Numbered from the stretch's first letter, positions 1-12,700 are shown. The stretch is 64,000 nt of DNA from Eledone cirrhosa (GCA_964016885.1 OZ024740.1:314898001-314962000), one strand, 5' to 3'. A program made the numbers and translations. Notes: a model not told the origin generated them from the sequence alone.

Positions 1-160
1 CCTCAGTCCCTATCATCTCATTTCTACAACTGAGTAAACTGGAGCAATGTGAAATAAAGTGTCTTGCTCAAGGAAACAACACATCAGCCGGTCCGAGAAT
101 TGAACTCACAACCTTTCGATTGCAAGGCCAATGCTCTAACCACTAAGCCATATGCCTCCA
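1..160 (-). mobile_element. tRNA-derived SINE family B (CORE-like body), partial
   Basis: Reverse complement reads GGAGGCATATGGCTTAGTGGTTAGAGC (A box)...GAGTTCAATTC (B box)...CCTTGAGCAAGACACTTTATTTCACATTGCTCCAG; near-identical to the copies at 1794 and 15776. Confidence 0.8.
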
Positions 161-321
161 TTAATATATATATATACATATAAATCTACATACATACATA
201 TATATATAAATCTACATACATACATTTATACATACATACATACATACATTTACGTATGTATATAGCTATGCATTTATACATTTGTATATATATACATGCA
301 TTTATATTTAAGTGTGTAAGG

Positions 322-361
<40 letters not shown>

Positions 362-377
362 ATAATATATATATTAT

Positions 378-411
<34 letters not shown>

Positions 412-701
412 GCAGTGTGACAAGAAGCTTGTTTCCCAACCACATATTTCCGGGTTCAGTCCCACTGCCCAAGCCGACCAAAGCCCTGTGAGTGGATTTG
501 ATAGATCGAAACTAAAAGAAGCCCGTCGTACATATGTATATATGTCTGTGTGTGTCTTTGCGTTTGTGTTTGCCCTCCCACCAATGCTTGTTGGTTTGTT
601 GACGTCCCCATAACTTACCAAGGTGATGCTCCAGCATGGGCATAGTCCAGAGACAGAAAAAAAGTAAAATATATGTGTGTGTGTGTGTGTGTGTGTAGAA
701 G

Positions 702-1101
702 AGGGGTCTCAAACTCAAGGACACAAAATGGCTAGTACGTCCTGGAGGAGAGGCACAGTGGGCCAAACGTGGTGGGTGAAAATTTTCACCAGTTATAATC
801 ATTTCTACTATAGGAACAAGGCATGAAATTTTGGGTTTAGGGTTCAGTCGATTGCATCGATCCTAGTACACAACTGGTACTTAATTCATCGACCCCAAAA
901 GGATGTAAGGCAAAGTTGAGATCGGCGGAATTTGAACTCAGAACATAAAAACGGAAGAAGTACCGTTAAGCATTTCGCCAGATGTGCTAACGATTCCACC
1001 AGCTCGCCGCCTTATTTTCACCAGTTATAATGCGATATGAAATATTGGTTCTACCACGGGCCACAGATAAGTAGTTCGCGGGCCGCATGTGTGAGCCCCC
1101 T
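702..1101. mobile_element. hAT (Charlie-type) MITE interrupted by a SINE
   Basis: Ends AGGGGTCTCAAACT and GGGCCGCATGTGTGAGCCCCCT are imperfect terminal inverted repeats of the Charlie MITE type. Confidence 0.6.
800..1013 (-). mobile_element. tRNA-derived SINE family A with 18-bp target-site duplication
   Basis: B box GAGTTCAAATTCC and central TTTGCCTTACATCCTTTTGGGGTCGATGAATTAAGTACCAG on the minus strand; flanked by ATTTTCACCAGTTATAAT at 782-799 and 1014-1031. Confidence 0.85.
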
Positions 1102-1120
1102 ATTTGGAGATAAATAGATA

Positions 1121-1676
1121 TATTTCTTTATTAGCCACAGGGGCACAAAAGAAGGGGACAAATACAAAGGGGGGAGTTTACATACAATAAAAACGTGTAA
1201 AATGTTATCACAGATGGAATTTAAAAGTTAGTCGATTTTCCCCAATAGAGGGAGACAGTTTATATGGGTAACACAGACCCCCGAAAAAAATGTGCAACCC
1301 TCATCTCCAGGAGTACGAAGAGCTTGTACTCCTTTCCTCTCCTCCTCCTTTTCCTCAACCTACAGGCTGATATAGAGAGAAGGCCCATTCACTCGGGCCA
1401 TTCTCGCCACTTTCACCCACCTTTCATAAAACTTGCTGGGGTACAGCACCTCTCTCTCCATCCTGATTCTTCTTCCAAAGTGGTATTTGAAAAAAAGAAT
1501 CAGTTGTTGGCCGGAGAGAAAGGTGTCTGACCTCAGCCCTTTCAACCTTGTCCACCATACAACCTCTTTCGCCATAGCTATCACACAAAGGAAAACCGCC
1601 TCTCCTTCGTTTTTGAAGGAGGGTGGCGGTTTGATCATGACAATGGACTCGGTGGTCAACTGGATTGGTCCCACCC
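1121..1676 (-). mobile_element. 5'-truncated L1/Tx1-like LINE (ORF2 C-terminus plus 3' UTR)
   Basis: ORF 1360-1755 (AKEVVWWTR...FFKYHFGRRIRMERE...FYERW) resembles an L1/Tx1 ORF2 end. AATAAA lies at the 3' end. A 15-bp direct repeat GGAGATAAATAGATA flanks it at 1106-1120 and 1677-1691. Confidence 0.65.
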
Positions 1677-1793
1677 GGAGATAAATAGATAGATAGATAG
1701 ATAGATAGACGTATACCAAACACACACACACATTTCTTACTCTCTCTTTCTCCATTTATATATATATATATATATAGATATATATATATAGAT

Positions 1794-2140
1794 GGAGGCA
1801 CATGTCTTAGTGGTTAGAGCATTGGCCTTGCAATCGAAAGGCTGTGAGTTCAATTCTCAGACCGGGTGATGTGTTGTTTCCTTGAGCAAGAGACTTTATT
1901 TCACAGTGCTCCAGTTTACTCAGCTGTAGAAATGAGATGATAGGGACTGGGGTCCATATCATTCCACTGCAAAGTGGTCGTGGAGGTGCCACGGCAAAAA
2001 AGCACCCAGCACTCACTGTAAATGAGGTTGCTGTTAGGAAGGGCATCCAGCTGTAGAAATCAAGCCAGAATCAGTTCCCGTCCCACCCTTGTAAGCAGGG
2101 AAAAAGCAGACGTAAAATGAAATGATGATGATGATGATAT
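1794..2140 (+). mobile_element. tRNA-derived SINE family B, near full length
   Basis: A/B-box head, CCTTGAGCAAGAGACTTTATTTCAC core, TAGGAAGGGCATCCAGCTGTAGAAA segment and (GAT)n tail. Confidence 0.85.
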
Positions 2141-3577
2141 AGATATATATATGTGTGTGTGTGGAGCGTTGTTATTTGGCATTGTTGAAAAGAGCTGTCG
2201 TCTTTGACCTGGCAATAAAAAACTAGACAAAATTCTTTCTGTACCAAGGCACACACACACACACAAGTTTGTGTGTGTGTATGTATATATACCCTTGCAA
2301 GCAGGGAAAAGCAGACGTAAAATGATGATGATGATGTGTGTGTGTCTATCTATGTTTATATATAAGGGATAAAAATATTGCTTTCTCAGTCACCAAGCTT
2401 CTCAATTCATTCCTTACTACTTATTTTGCTACGAGGTATATTATTTTGCAAGGTACTATTTTCCCCCTGAGTTTGTGATTTCAGAGAAAGGTAAAAAATT
2501 CTTCATATTTTGCATCTTTTGTATTTTGACTTTGCAGTTTCAATTGTAGAATTGTCTATCCACTCAAAATATTACAACAGCTAACAGTGAAATATAGAAT
2601 TTAAAAAAAAAAGAAGCTTTTTCGACTGAGATCAAATGTTTTTTTTTATTTCAAAAATATATAATTTGAAATAGCTTGCTTTTGTTTTGGACTGAAACTT
2701 TTTTGTATTTAATTTGTACGAGTATTTTTTAAAGAATCTAAGATAACTTAATTTGGCCCAGTAATCTACTGATATCAAAATCAGTAGTATATTGAAAAAT
2801 GGAAAAATAGGGTAGGGGGCGTTTCGTGATTTCGAGGGGCAAAAGGGGGGCGTTTGGCCAAAATGGGTTGAGAACCTTTGATATAGAGGAAGAATCGACT
2901 AATATACTAGGCTGGTACTTTTTTTTATCAACCTTGAAAAAATGAAAGACAAAGTTATCCTTGGTGGACAAAGAGAGGAGAATTTGTTACTTGTAGGAGG
3001 GTAGTAACTCCAGATAAGAACTGAACATAGTACAAATAATGCTTCTATCCTTATATGAAATGAAATAACTGCTTTAGTATTGGTGACATGATAAAATGCA
3101 CCAAGTACACTCTGAAAATGGTTAGTGATAGGAATGGCAGCCAGCTGTAGAAAATATTCCAAAAATGCAACCAGAAGTTACATATGCGATGTATGCTTCA
3201 CAAGTGGCACCTCAGTCAAGGAAGCAGTAACAGCTGAATTAGAATTAGTTCTCTTCCCATGGGACAACCCTTCTCATGGCATTGGAATCATATGCACCCA
3301 TTACACTCTGTAAATCGGTTGGTGATAGAAAGAACGTCTATCCATAGAAACCACGCTGCTCTCCTCATATGGGACAACCTCTTTTAGAGCTGGTGACTCG
3401 ACAAAATTCATCTAAGACATACTTAACACCATAGTTGATCTGTTTTTTCCTGGGTTGTGAGAGGATCCAGACTGGAAATACTGAAAGTAAAATGATGTTG
3501 ATGATAAATCATTTAATGTTTTTAATTCAAAAGAAATTTTACGCGGTGTGTACATAAAATTAATTTATTATGAATAA

Positions 3578-3753
3578 TTGTTTCTACTTTTGGCACAAGG
3601 CCAGCAATTACTCAGTACATTACTGGTACTTTATTTTATCGACCCCATAAGGATGAAAGGCAAAGTTAACCTCGGCGGGATTTGAACTCAGAATGGCAAG
3701 GGCCGTAACTCTATGCGTCAAAGCATGGCGTCCGACCCTCTACCGATACTGCC
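3578..3753 (-). mobile_element. SINE family A copy
   Basis: TGGCAGTATCGGTAGAG A box, GAGTTCAAATCC B box, conserved GCCTTTCATCCTTATGGGGTCGATAAAATAAAGTACCAG and tail CCTTGTGCCAAAAGTAGAAAC. Confidence 0.85.
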
Positions 3754-4299
3754 AATAATAACCTATTTTAAGTGCGGAAATGATGTTAGAGAAGGCATTA
3801 AATTATCTATTATCGGCGATAAAATATGACATGATCGTTTTAAATGTTTTGGATCAGCCATTGTTAGAAACCAAAGGGGAATAATTTTCTTTACTAGTGT
3901 TATTAAAAATAAGTGATATTGACGATATAACGCTTATTCTAAGAAAGTTACCTCCCTTTGTATTCTCACTGTCAAATATCTGCCCATTTATTTCTGAGCA
4001 GGTCATGGTGGGCAGATTCCTCAAAAACACCTAGCGGATTCTGTCAAGCAACTGTTTCCAACTGATTCGGCTGGATCCCCGATCGAGACCAGCTGAACTC
4101 AATGTCCGTCACTTAAAATATTACTTTATTGCGATGAAAATTTATAATTTAATTTTATGAATAGGAAAATCATCTTTTGTAAATAATTCTTTAAACTAGG
4201 AGACTGCCAAATGAGCTTAATCTTCATGTAAGCTCTCCCGTATTTTATAAGGATAAAATGACTTTTCCAAATTTCTAGTCGAATAATATTTAAATTAAA

Positions 4300-4939
4300 A
4301 TTTACTCGTATATTAAATAATTGTTTCTACTTTTGGCACAAGGCCAGCAATTATCCCAGTGTATTTCTGGTACTTTATTTTATCGACCCCGTAAGGATGA
4401 AAGGCAAAGTTAACCTCGGCAGGATTTGAACTCAGACCATAAAGGGACGTAACTGAGTTCAAATCCCGCCGAGGCTAACTTTGCTTTCATATACAGAGTG
4501 TTTATATTTATGTATGCATGTGTGTGTATGTGTGCGTGTAGCATTCAATTTAGACAGGTCCTAATTAGAATGTAATTAATGATCCAAGGGTCTGATCTTC
4601 ATTTCAGTACCCTTTAGTTGTTCATATTTCCAACTGTTCCATGATATACCACGGAATTTGGCAGACGATTTACGATGATATAATCCGTTAAGCATAGCCC
4701 GCCAACAATTTGTAAACCACCAACCACCATCCCATTGTGATGCACAATTCACACGAGAGTGTTTATCATTATCTCTGTTTATTAACATTTACTCGTATAT
4801 TAAATAATTGTTTCTACTTTTGGCACACGGCCATCAATTACCCCAGTGTATTACTGGTACTTTATTTTATTGACCCCATAAGGATAAAAGGCAAAGTTAA
4901 CCTTGGCGGGATTTGAACTCAAACCATAAAGGGCCGTAA
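4300..4939. repeat. 153-bp direct duplication (unique flank plus SINE A 3' part) bracketing a foreign insert
   Basis: 4300-4452 and 4787-4939 both start ATTTACTCGTATATTAAATAATTGTTTCTAC and end at CGTAA. Confidence 0.85.
4576..4774 (-). pseudogene. Orphan terminal exon of a fibrinogen-related domain (FReD) protein
   Basis: RDNDKHSRVNCASQWDGGWWFTNCWRAMLNGLY...GISWNSW...LKGTEMKIRP* is the canonical FReD C-terminus. An AG acceptor lies at 4776-4775. No upstream FReD exons were recognised, so pseudogene versus nested gene is unresolved. Confidence 0.75.
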
Positions 4940-4971
4940 TAATGAAGAATAATACATGACCAAACATAGTA

Positions 4972-5154
4972 CAGATAAAATTCCGATCAAACGAATACCA
5001 TTATAACGAATGTTTCAGTATAACAACATTTTTTTCAATCCACAAGGTAATAACAAACAAACGTTCGATTTGTTTCAGTCGATCTCGTTATAAAGAATTT
5101 TTCGTTACAACGAATTTGTTTTTAAAGTAGTAACGTTATAACGGAATTTCACTG
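4972..5154. mobile_element. pogo/Tigger-type MITE
   Basis: TA-CAGATAAAATTCCG...CGTTATAACGGAATTTCACTG-TA; imperfect TIRs, TA flanks and internal TATAACGAA motifs. Confidence 0.7.
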
Positions 5155-5257
5155 TATACTCAATAAGAAAATATAAAGTATCAAAAACTACCGATACTTT
5201 ATATTTCGGTGTAAGTTATTTTTAAGGTGACAAACCAACTCTTTGTTCTTATTCCAG

Positions 5258-5448
5258 GTTGTCATGATTGGTTGTTAAGTGACACAGTTGATATTTTACC
5301 ATATCTGCTGTTACCCCTAGCTGGCCCAGAAGAATTTGATGATGAAGATAATACTGGCTTACCACTAGACCTTCAGTACCTTTCAGCTGACAAAACTCGG
5401 GAAACTGATGCAGAAATTCGAAGAACATTGATTGATACAATCTTTCAG
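5258..5448 (+). CDS. HGH1: HGH1 homologue (FAM203-like eEF2 chaperone), penultimate coding exon
   Basis: HDWLLSDTVDILPYLLLPLAGPEEFDDEDNTGLPLDLQYLSADKTRETDAEIRRTLIDTIFQ matches the HGH1 motif DILPxLLLPLAGPE...LPxDLQYL..DK.RE.D..IR. Pyrimidine tract with CAG acceptor at 5255-5257; GT donor at 5449, phase 0. Confidence 0.93.
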
Positions 5449-5950
5449 GTATAACTTTATTGTTGATCTCTATTATTGTCTTCATTGCTGTCTTTGTCGG
5501 CCCTATGCACAATGATGCTTTAGGATCTCTGGCTTCAGATGACCCCGGCCTTGTTGAGCAAGAGCAAGAAGAGAAGATTGCTGTCTTTAATATGGTTGTA
5601 TTACTTGCCGTGATTAGCTTTGCCTTTCATCCTTAGAAGGTCGATAAAATAAAGTTCCAGTAATGCACTGGGGTCGATTTAATTGACTTTCTCCTCCTCC
5701 CACCAAATTTCTGGCCCTGTGCCTAAATTAGCAATCATTATTGTGGCTCAACTATATCTTTGTGAATGTCTAACTTCTGTCTCATGTGCTATATATTGAG
5801 ATTGTTAGTCATGGTAGTATGGTTGGCCCCTTCCCTAACAAACCAGCTCAATCAGGGCCTTTACTGTCAGACTGTCCACAATGAACAGCAGCAAAGGAGC
5901 TCCTGTATGGTCAGTCGACCTACTAGAAATAGCTGCCAAATCTCCTTTAA

Positions 5951-6142
5951 CCATTTAGCATTTAAACCGGCCAGAATCCTCTCACATCTTTTGTTCAAAC
6001 TGGCCGTAATTGGCCACTCAACTGATGTTAAGGTATTGCTCAAAATAAATAATATCAAAATCTCATAGATTCGATATTATGGGGTAAAGCCTTTACTACA
6101 AAAATACAATAATAAATATAGAGCAAGGTAAATGCTAAAGAG
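5951..6142. mobile_element. piggyBac-type MITE
   Basis: TTAA-CCATTTAGCATTTA...TAAATGCTAAAGAG-TTAA; same family as 8090-8284 and 15669-16320. Confidence 0.7.
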
Positions 6143-6559
6143 TTAAATTAAATCTCTCTATCTTCAAACAGAAAAGACATAGGTAGATAAAAAACAGGAT
6201 GGTCACGGCTGGCATGTCATAGATCAGTTTGATTAGGGATGAAGTAAGGCTAAACAACTTACAACAACAGCAACAACCACTATGTGTAAACATCTATTTG
6301 CAGAAAATCCAACTTATAGTTTGATGAAAAAGATGTTTGTTTTTCCCATCACTGGGTTTAGGTTGGCTATTGCAGTAGGTAACTCTGGCCATTCTCTGTG
6401 GTAACTTCTTTACCAATTTGTTTGTGGGGCACAGCTGAGGCACCACTTAGACTAGGGTGTAGTGTTTGTCCTTCTCCCTTCTCCCATTCTTTTGTTGCTT
6501 GATCTCTTTTTTTTTGTTCCTTTTAATAGTGTGTTTTGTGCTCAATGATTTTGGCAAAA

Positions 6560-7170
6560 TTGGTGGAGCGTCGGACATGCTTTATTGCATAGAGTTACGG
6601 CCCTTTGCGATCTCAGTTCATTATTATTTTGCTCTGAGTTTAAATCCCACAGAGACTGACAGACAGTACCAGTGTCAATAAAGCCACTATCAATACTATA
6701 CTCAATAAGTCCATGATTTTGTACCAATGTGAGAAATATTTATTGTTCGGCAGAATCGGTAGAACGTCGGACATGATTTTGGTTTAGAGTTACGGCCCTT
6801 TACAATTTGAGTTCAAATCCTGCTGAGGTTAGCTTTACCTTTCATCGTTATGGGGGGTCAATAAAATAAAGTACCAGTAATACACTGGGGTCTATTTAAA
6901 CGACTTTCCTCTTCCCCAAAATTGTTGGTCTTATGCCTAAATCAGAAACCATTATTTCTGTAAACTAAGGGTGGTGAGTTGGCAGAATCGGTAAAGCGTC
7001 GGACAACATGATTCATAGCTTAGAGCTGCGGCCCTTTACAATCTGTTCAAATCCTGCTGAGGTTAGCTTTGTATTTCATCCTTACAGGGTCGATAAAATA
7101 AAGTACCAGTAATGCACTTGGTAATCAACTTTCCCCTTCCTCAAATTGTTGACCTTATGCCTAAATGAGA
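6560..7170 (+). mobile_element. Three tandem SINE family A copies
   Basis: Repeated GGCAGAATCGGTAGA...GAGTTCAAATCC...TCGATAAAATAAAGTACCAG units at about 6560, 6748 and 6968. Confidence 0.8.
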
Positions 7171-7445
7171 TGTCAATGGTTTTTCATGACATCTATTTCT
7201 CAATAGTTAATTTGTTCTATTTTTCTAGATAGAACATTTTCATTTAAATATATTTATGCTTAATTTCATGCATCATATATTTTTGACATATATACAGACC
7301 TTAATCTTTAAAAAAATGTTTAATTTATTACGAAAAAAAAAAAGAAAAGAATAAAGGGGTAGTTTTTCAAAAACATTTTCAACAGTAGAAGGGAGATAAC
7401 TGGGTGAAATTATCGTAATTGTATATGTGGTATGGTAAATAAATA

Positions 7446-7547
7446 CAGGATGTCCCCCCAAAAGTGTATACACATTTCAACAGCATTCTATTAAATATTG
7501 CCTGTACAGGTAATCAGAGTGTGTATATATTTTTGGGGGACACCCTG
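7446..7547. mobile_element. Tc1/mariner-type MITE
   Basis: TA-CAGGATGTCCCCCCAAAA...TTTTGGGGGACACCCTG-TA. Confidence 0.75.
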
Positions 7548-7569
7548 TATATACATTTATATAAAGTCT

Positions 7570-7948
7570 GAACATAATGGAATCAAATTCCCATAGTCAC
7601 TGCCTCCGTCTCTCTTGCTCTCCCTCTCTTCCACTATTATAAGCAAATGGGGTCCCACGCACTGGCTGCCTCGCGGCCCTGGTGGACAAAATAGGTGAAG
7701 GATGGTGAGGGAGACGCATTGGAAGAGCCATTCCAGCTTGCAAGGCTCACATCTGTGGGTAACAAACTCAGTGTTGATGGTGGTGAGCAGGGAGGTGGCC
7801 CTAGGGCCAAGGACACCAGAAGTCTCCACTGCTATGGGCTTCACCACAAACTTGTTGGAGAGTGACTGATATTTGGAGAGTTTACCATCTTTGGCCTGAA
7901 GTGCAGCAGAGCCTAGGTTAGTCACAGACTGCACCAGGTTGCCACTGG
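7570..7948 (-). mobile_element. CRE-clade non-LTR retrotransposon 3' fragment
   Basis: ORF 7557-7934 (KLSKYQSLS..FVVKPIAVETSGVLGP...LFQCVSL) is the end of a restriction-like endonuclease; homologous to 28680-29330. Confidence 0.75.
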
Positions 7949-8089
7949 TAATTAATGTTCAGTTTGTCCACCATCCTCTTCCACCACCACCACCACCACC
8001 TTCACCATCTCCCCTACCTCCGTCTTCACCTCATACACTAGATAGAATGTTAGTCTCCCAAGCAATTTAACTTTCTCCACTTAGTTTAA

Positions 8090-8284
8090 CCACTTAACAT
8101 TTAACATTACTCTATATATACTATTATATTTTCACAGTGAAGGCTTTATCACATATCTCACATAATATGGAATCTATGAGATTTTGATATTATTTATTTT
8201 GAGAACAATACCTTAACATAAATATGAGTGGCCAGTTACAGCCGGTTTGAAAAAAAAGATATGGCCCGTTTAAATGCTAAAGGG
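8090..8284. mobile_element. piggyBac-type MITE
   Basis: TTAA-CCACTTAACATTT...AAATGCTAAAGGG-TTAG; inverted homologue of 5951-6142. Confidence 0.65.
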
Positions 8285-9389
8285 TTAGCTTAAAGCAGAT
8301 CAAGTGGAGTTCAGTCTCTTGCTTATAAATTTGCAGTGGATTTGTTGTGCTGGTGGTTGTTGTTTAGCATCTGATGATAAGACCTACAATCAAAGGTTGT
8401 TCCAGCCATGACCTTTCCATTTGGAATTCAGAACATAAAGGGCAGTAACTCCCTACTGCAAAGTATGTTCGATGCTCTACTGATACTGCCAATCCACCAC
8501 CCTAGCTTGGATAATACTGATTTCTGATTTAGGCACAAGGCCAACAATTTGGGGCGGAGCAGAAAGTTGATTAAATTGACCCCAGTGCGTTACTGGTACT
8601 TTATTTTATCAACCCTGTAAATATGAAATGTAAAGCTAACCTTGGCGGGATTTCCGCTCAGAACATAAAGGGTCATAAATCTTTACCACAAAGCGTTTTG
8701 TTCGATGCTCAACTGATCCTAGCTTGGATAATAGTACTAATTATGATGTAGTGTTTGAACAATCTAACTTGAGTATAATCAATCAGTTTTGGTTTGTGCG
8801 TATTGAACTTTGTTTCTATTTTAAAAACTATGTAATTCTATGAGATATCAAACTGGAAAAATTGGTTGAGCACTTGATAGAATGCCTTGTGATATTCATT
8901 CCAGCTCTTTGTACTCTAGAGTTCTTGTTGAGATTAACATTACATTTCATTATTTTGAAGTCGATAAAGTACCAGTCTTGTACTGGGGTTTGATTCTTCT
9001 TCTCTTTGAATATGTATGGCCACATAACTCCTGATAAAGTCATAAGGGAGCTGTATTGACATACAGCATTTCTTGGCCATTTTAAGCCTGGTGGAGCCCA
9101 TCCCTCCCCAGGCCTGAGTACATAAGGTTTCTTCCAGACAAAGATAGTAAGAGAGAGAGGAAGAATCCATGCCAGTATTGGACTAGTACCTTTTTATCGA
9201 GTTTGAAAGGATGAAAGGAAAAGTTGATCTCAGTGGGATTTGAACTCAAAGAGCAGACAGCCGGAATGAATACCATAAAGACCTCGGTCCAACATTCTAA
9301 TGACTCTCCCAATTCACTGCCTATCACTTTATCTGTTTCTATGTCAGTTGTAAATGACTGTTGATGTTCTCTCTCTTTCACTCACTACC

Positions 9390-9545
9390 CTCATCTCTCT
9401 CGTCCTCCCCATCTCTCACTATTATAAGCAAATGGGGGCCCACGAGCTGGCTGCCCACGGCACTGGCGGACAGAATAGAGAAGGCATTTCCCCAGAGGAT
9501 GGTGAGGGAGACACATTGGAAGAGCCATTTCAGCTCACCAGCCGT
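9390..9545 (-). mobile_element. CRE-clade retrotransposon short 3' fragment
   Basis: GGACAGAATAGAGAAGGCATTTCCCCAGAGGATGGTGAGGGAGAC...GGAAGAGCCATT is shared with the other CRE copies. Confidence 0.65.
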
Positions 9546-9790
9546 GCTATGTATCATGTCATGCTACATATACTCAGCTGCTTACATAAGAAGGTATTTA
9601 GCTAGTTGAATAATTAAATGTTCTTCGTAGTGAGCAGTGATGAATGCTCCATACACACTTTCTTTACAAGTTTATGGGCTTTATGCCAAACGTAAAAAAA
9701 AAGTCATTATTATTATTTGAAAAAAATTTATTATCAAACAAACCTTTGTTGTTTTAACTTTGGTGTTCCTGATGTGTATGTGTATAAATG

Positions 9791-9869
<79 letters not shown>

Positions 9870-11099
9870 TTATATTTATATATTTATATATGTATATATA
9901 TATCCACATGCATACACACACACATATATATATATATAGGTACATACATAGGTTGCAAGGGAGAGAGAATGTGTGTGTGTGTGTATAACTTTTGGCATTA
10001 AATGTAATATTTACTTTGAAATTATGTAAAAAATTTAGTTGGAAAATACCAAGAAAACAAAGTTGGCACTTCCCTTAGTGGGGAGAGAAGGTGCGAGAGA
10101 GAGAGTGGGGGAGGTAGAGCTTGTGGAAGTCTTTTACTCTAATTCTCTGTTAAGGAACAATTGCATTCTAACAGAAAAAAATATTTTAAAGAAAAATATT
10201 TAAGAAATATTTAAAAAGACAACTTTGTCAGTACAGTTTGGTTAATTAGGCTCTCAGAGATGGTTAACAGAAGAAGAGAGGAAGAAAAAACATTAAAACA
10301 AATAAAAACAGACAAAATATAATAATTAATAAATAAAAGTAAAAGATAAAAGTTAAAACCAAATTTTTCGGAGTTTTACTGTTGGCATGAATTAAATTAA
10401 AAAAGAAAAAAAAATTATATAGATGAATAAATGTATATATCATCATCATCATCATTATCACTGTTTAATGTCCATTTTTTATGCCTGCATGGGTTAGACG
10501 GGTCATCCACGTCATGACAAAAGTCTGGCCAGATTGGTCGCGCTGTACTTTGCTCAGATGGAACTGTAAATTTGGCTAGGATTTTTATAGCTGGCTGCCC
10601 TCCCTAACACCAACCATATTTACAGTGTATCATTATCATCGTTTTACGTCCGTTCTTCCATGCTAGCATGGGTTAGACGGGTTGTCCTGTTGCGGGCAGT
10701 GTCCTGTCGACTGACCTTGTCTTGCTCATACAGGAACTGATTCTGGCTTGATTTATACAGCTGGATGCCCTTCCTAACACTAACCTCATTTACAGTGAGT
10801 GCTGGGTGCTTTTTTCTGTGGTACCTACACGTCCACTTTACAGTGTGGGCTGGGTGCTTTTTTGCCATGGCACCTCCATGACCACTTTGCAGTGGGAGGG
10901 TGTGGGGGTATAATGTCTATATGCTTCAGCTTCGGCTTGTATATATATATATAATTTTAAAAATATATAAATAAGGATGATTTTAAAAATATCAAAAACT
11001 TAATAGAAGAAATTATAATAATGATGATGATGATGATGTTGGTGGTAATTATGATGACAAACATGATTGTAAAAGTTATGGGGATCATGATTTTAAGAA

Positions 11100-11592
11100 G
11101 ATATTGGTTGACTGACCATAAGGTCATGATTTCTAACTAAATAGTACCACTTTGGGGTACTATTATAGTTCCACTCATATGTTACCATACCCACAAAATT
11201 GTTAACCATCTTGCCAACAACAACCCTGAGTACTTTTTTGATTTCCATGTGTCTAACACACGTGGACATGCCCACAAAGTCAGAAAACAGCACAGTTCCC
11301 ATGACTTTCGGAAACATTTTTTCACGCTCAGAGTTGCTGAAGCATGGAACAAACTACCTGCATCAGTTGTTAGCTGCCGAGACACTGCACCCTTTAAAAC
11401 CTCCATGTTTCCTGAAATTTGTCAACACTGCACCTAATGTTCCCCCTCCATACACATACACACATGTATATCATGATTCATACACTATTCACTTCCCTGA
11501 CATTTGTATATTATTCTGTGTACTATACATGCACCTTTGATGAGTTGTAGTGCACCTGAGCACTTTACACAATAATTTCATTATTATTATTA
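11100..11592 (+). mobile_element. CR1-like LINE 3' end
   Basis: SNTRGHAHKVRKQHSSHDFRKHFFTLRVAEAWNKLPASVVSC..FK matches the CR1/L2-group ORF2 C-terminal TRGH...RKHFF..RV...WN.LP motif; (ATT)n tail. Confidence 0.8.
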
Positions 11593-11974
11593 TATTGTGG
11601 CTCTGAGTGAAGTCCATCACTTAGATTACCTGGCTGACAAACAGGTTCCATTCTCCTTGAATGGTTCAGTGATTAGCAATAGGAAAAAGGATACAGCTGT
11701 AAAAACAATCACTTCAACAATAGGAAAGGTATAAATTTACAAACAAAAACAACAAATGTACAACAAAAATAATCAGCAAGTCCTCTATCCCACTGGCTTA
11801 CATGGAACATGGTTGTAAAACTGTTATGAAAACAATAACAGCAATAAACATTTCTCACATTCGCTCAAAGTCATGGACTTATTGGGGAGTATAATATTGA
11901 TACTGGATTTATTGATACTTGAAGGATAAAAAGTAGTCAGCCTCTGTGGGATTTGTACTCAGAACAAAATAATG

Positions 11975-12405
11975 GTTTCTTATATAGGCACACGGCCAGC
12001 AATTTTTTTGGGGGGAGTGGAAAGTCGATTGAATTGACCTCAGTGCGTGACTGGTACTTTATTTTATCGACCCCATAAGGATGAAAGGTAAAGTTAACAT
12101 TGGCAGAATTTGAACTCAGATCATAAAGGGCCGTAACTCTATGCTGCAAAGCATGGCGTCTGACCCTCTACCAATACTGCCAATCCACCACCCTAACTCA
12201 GAACAAAATAATAATAATTGTTTCTACTTTTGGCACAAGGCCAGCAATTACCCAGTGCATTACTGGTACTTTATTTTATCGACCCCGTAAGGATGAAAGG
12301 CAAAGTTAACCTCGGCGGGATTTGAACTCAGATCATACAGGGAGGTAACTCTATGCTTCATAGCATGGCGTCCGACCCTCTACCGATACTGCCAATCCAC
12401 CGCCT
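11975..12405 (-). mobile_element. Two tandem full-length SINE family A copies
   Basis: Both run from a GGTGGATTGGCAGTAT head to a CCTTGTGCC...AGAAAC tail on the minus strand. Confidence 0.85.
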
Positions 12406-12467
12406 ATAATAATAATGTTTGCATCACATTAAAAATTAAGTTGGTTGCAAATTTTTACAACTATTTA

Positions 12468-12700
12468 TCTACTAGTAAAGATATTATAAACATTTGAATT
12501 AAACCTATTTTTAGATATATTTTACTTATAAAGATATTATAAACACTTGAATTAACAAGTTCACTTTTAGATATTTTCTACTAGTAAAGATACTATAAAC
12601 ATTTGAATTAACAATTTTTAGATATTTTTTACTTATAAAGATATTATAAACACTTGAATGAACAAGCTCACTTTTAGATATTTTCTACTTAAATATTACA
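12468..12700. repeat. AT-rich intronic minisatellite (about 52-58 bp units in an about 110-bp dimer)
   Basis: Repeating TAAAGATATTATAAACAYTTGAATTAA...TTTTAGATATTTT, about four copies. Confidence 0.7.

Noticed and set aside
1794-1865. tRNA gene
   Set aside because: A and B boxes are present but run into a SINE body with many diverged copies; no clean cloverleaf acceptor stem.
5227-5257. ORF-track start upstream of the HGH1 exon (likewise 12742-12783)
   Set aside because: These are intronic polypyrimidine tracts; homology begins after the AG acceptors.
1-5257. Upstream HGH1 exons
   Set aside because: No HGH1-like peptide was recognised; earlier exons probably lie before the window.
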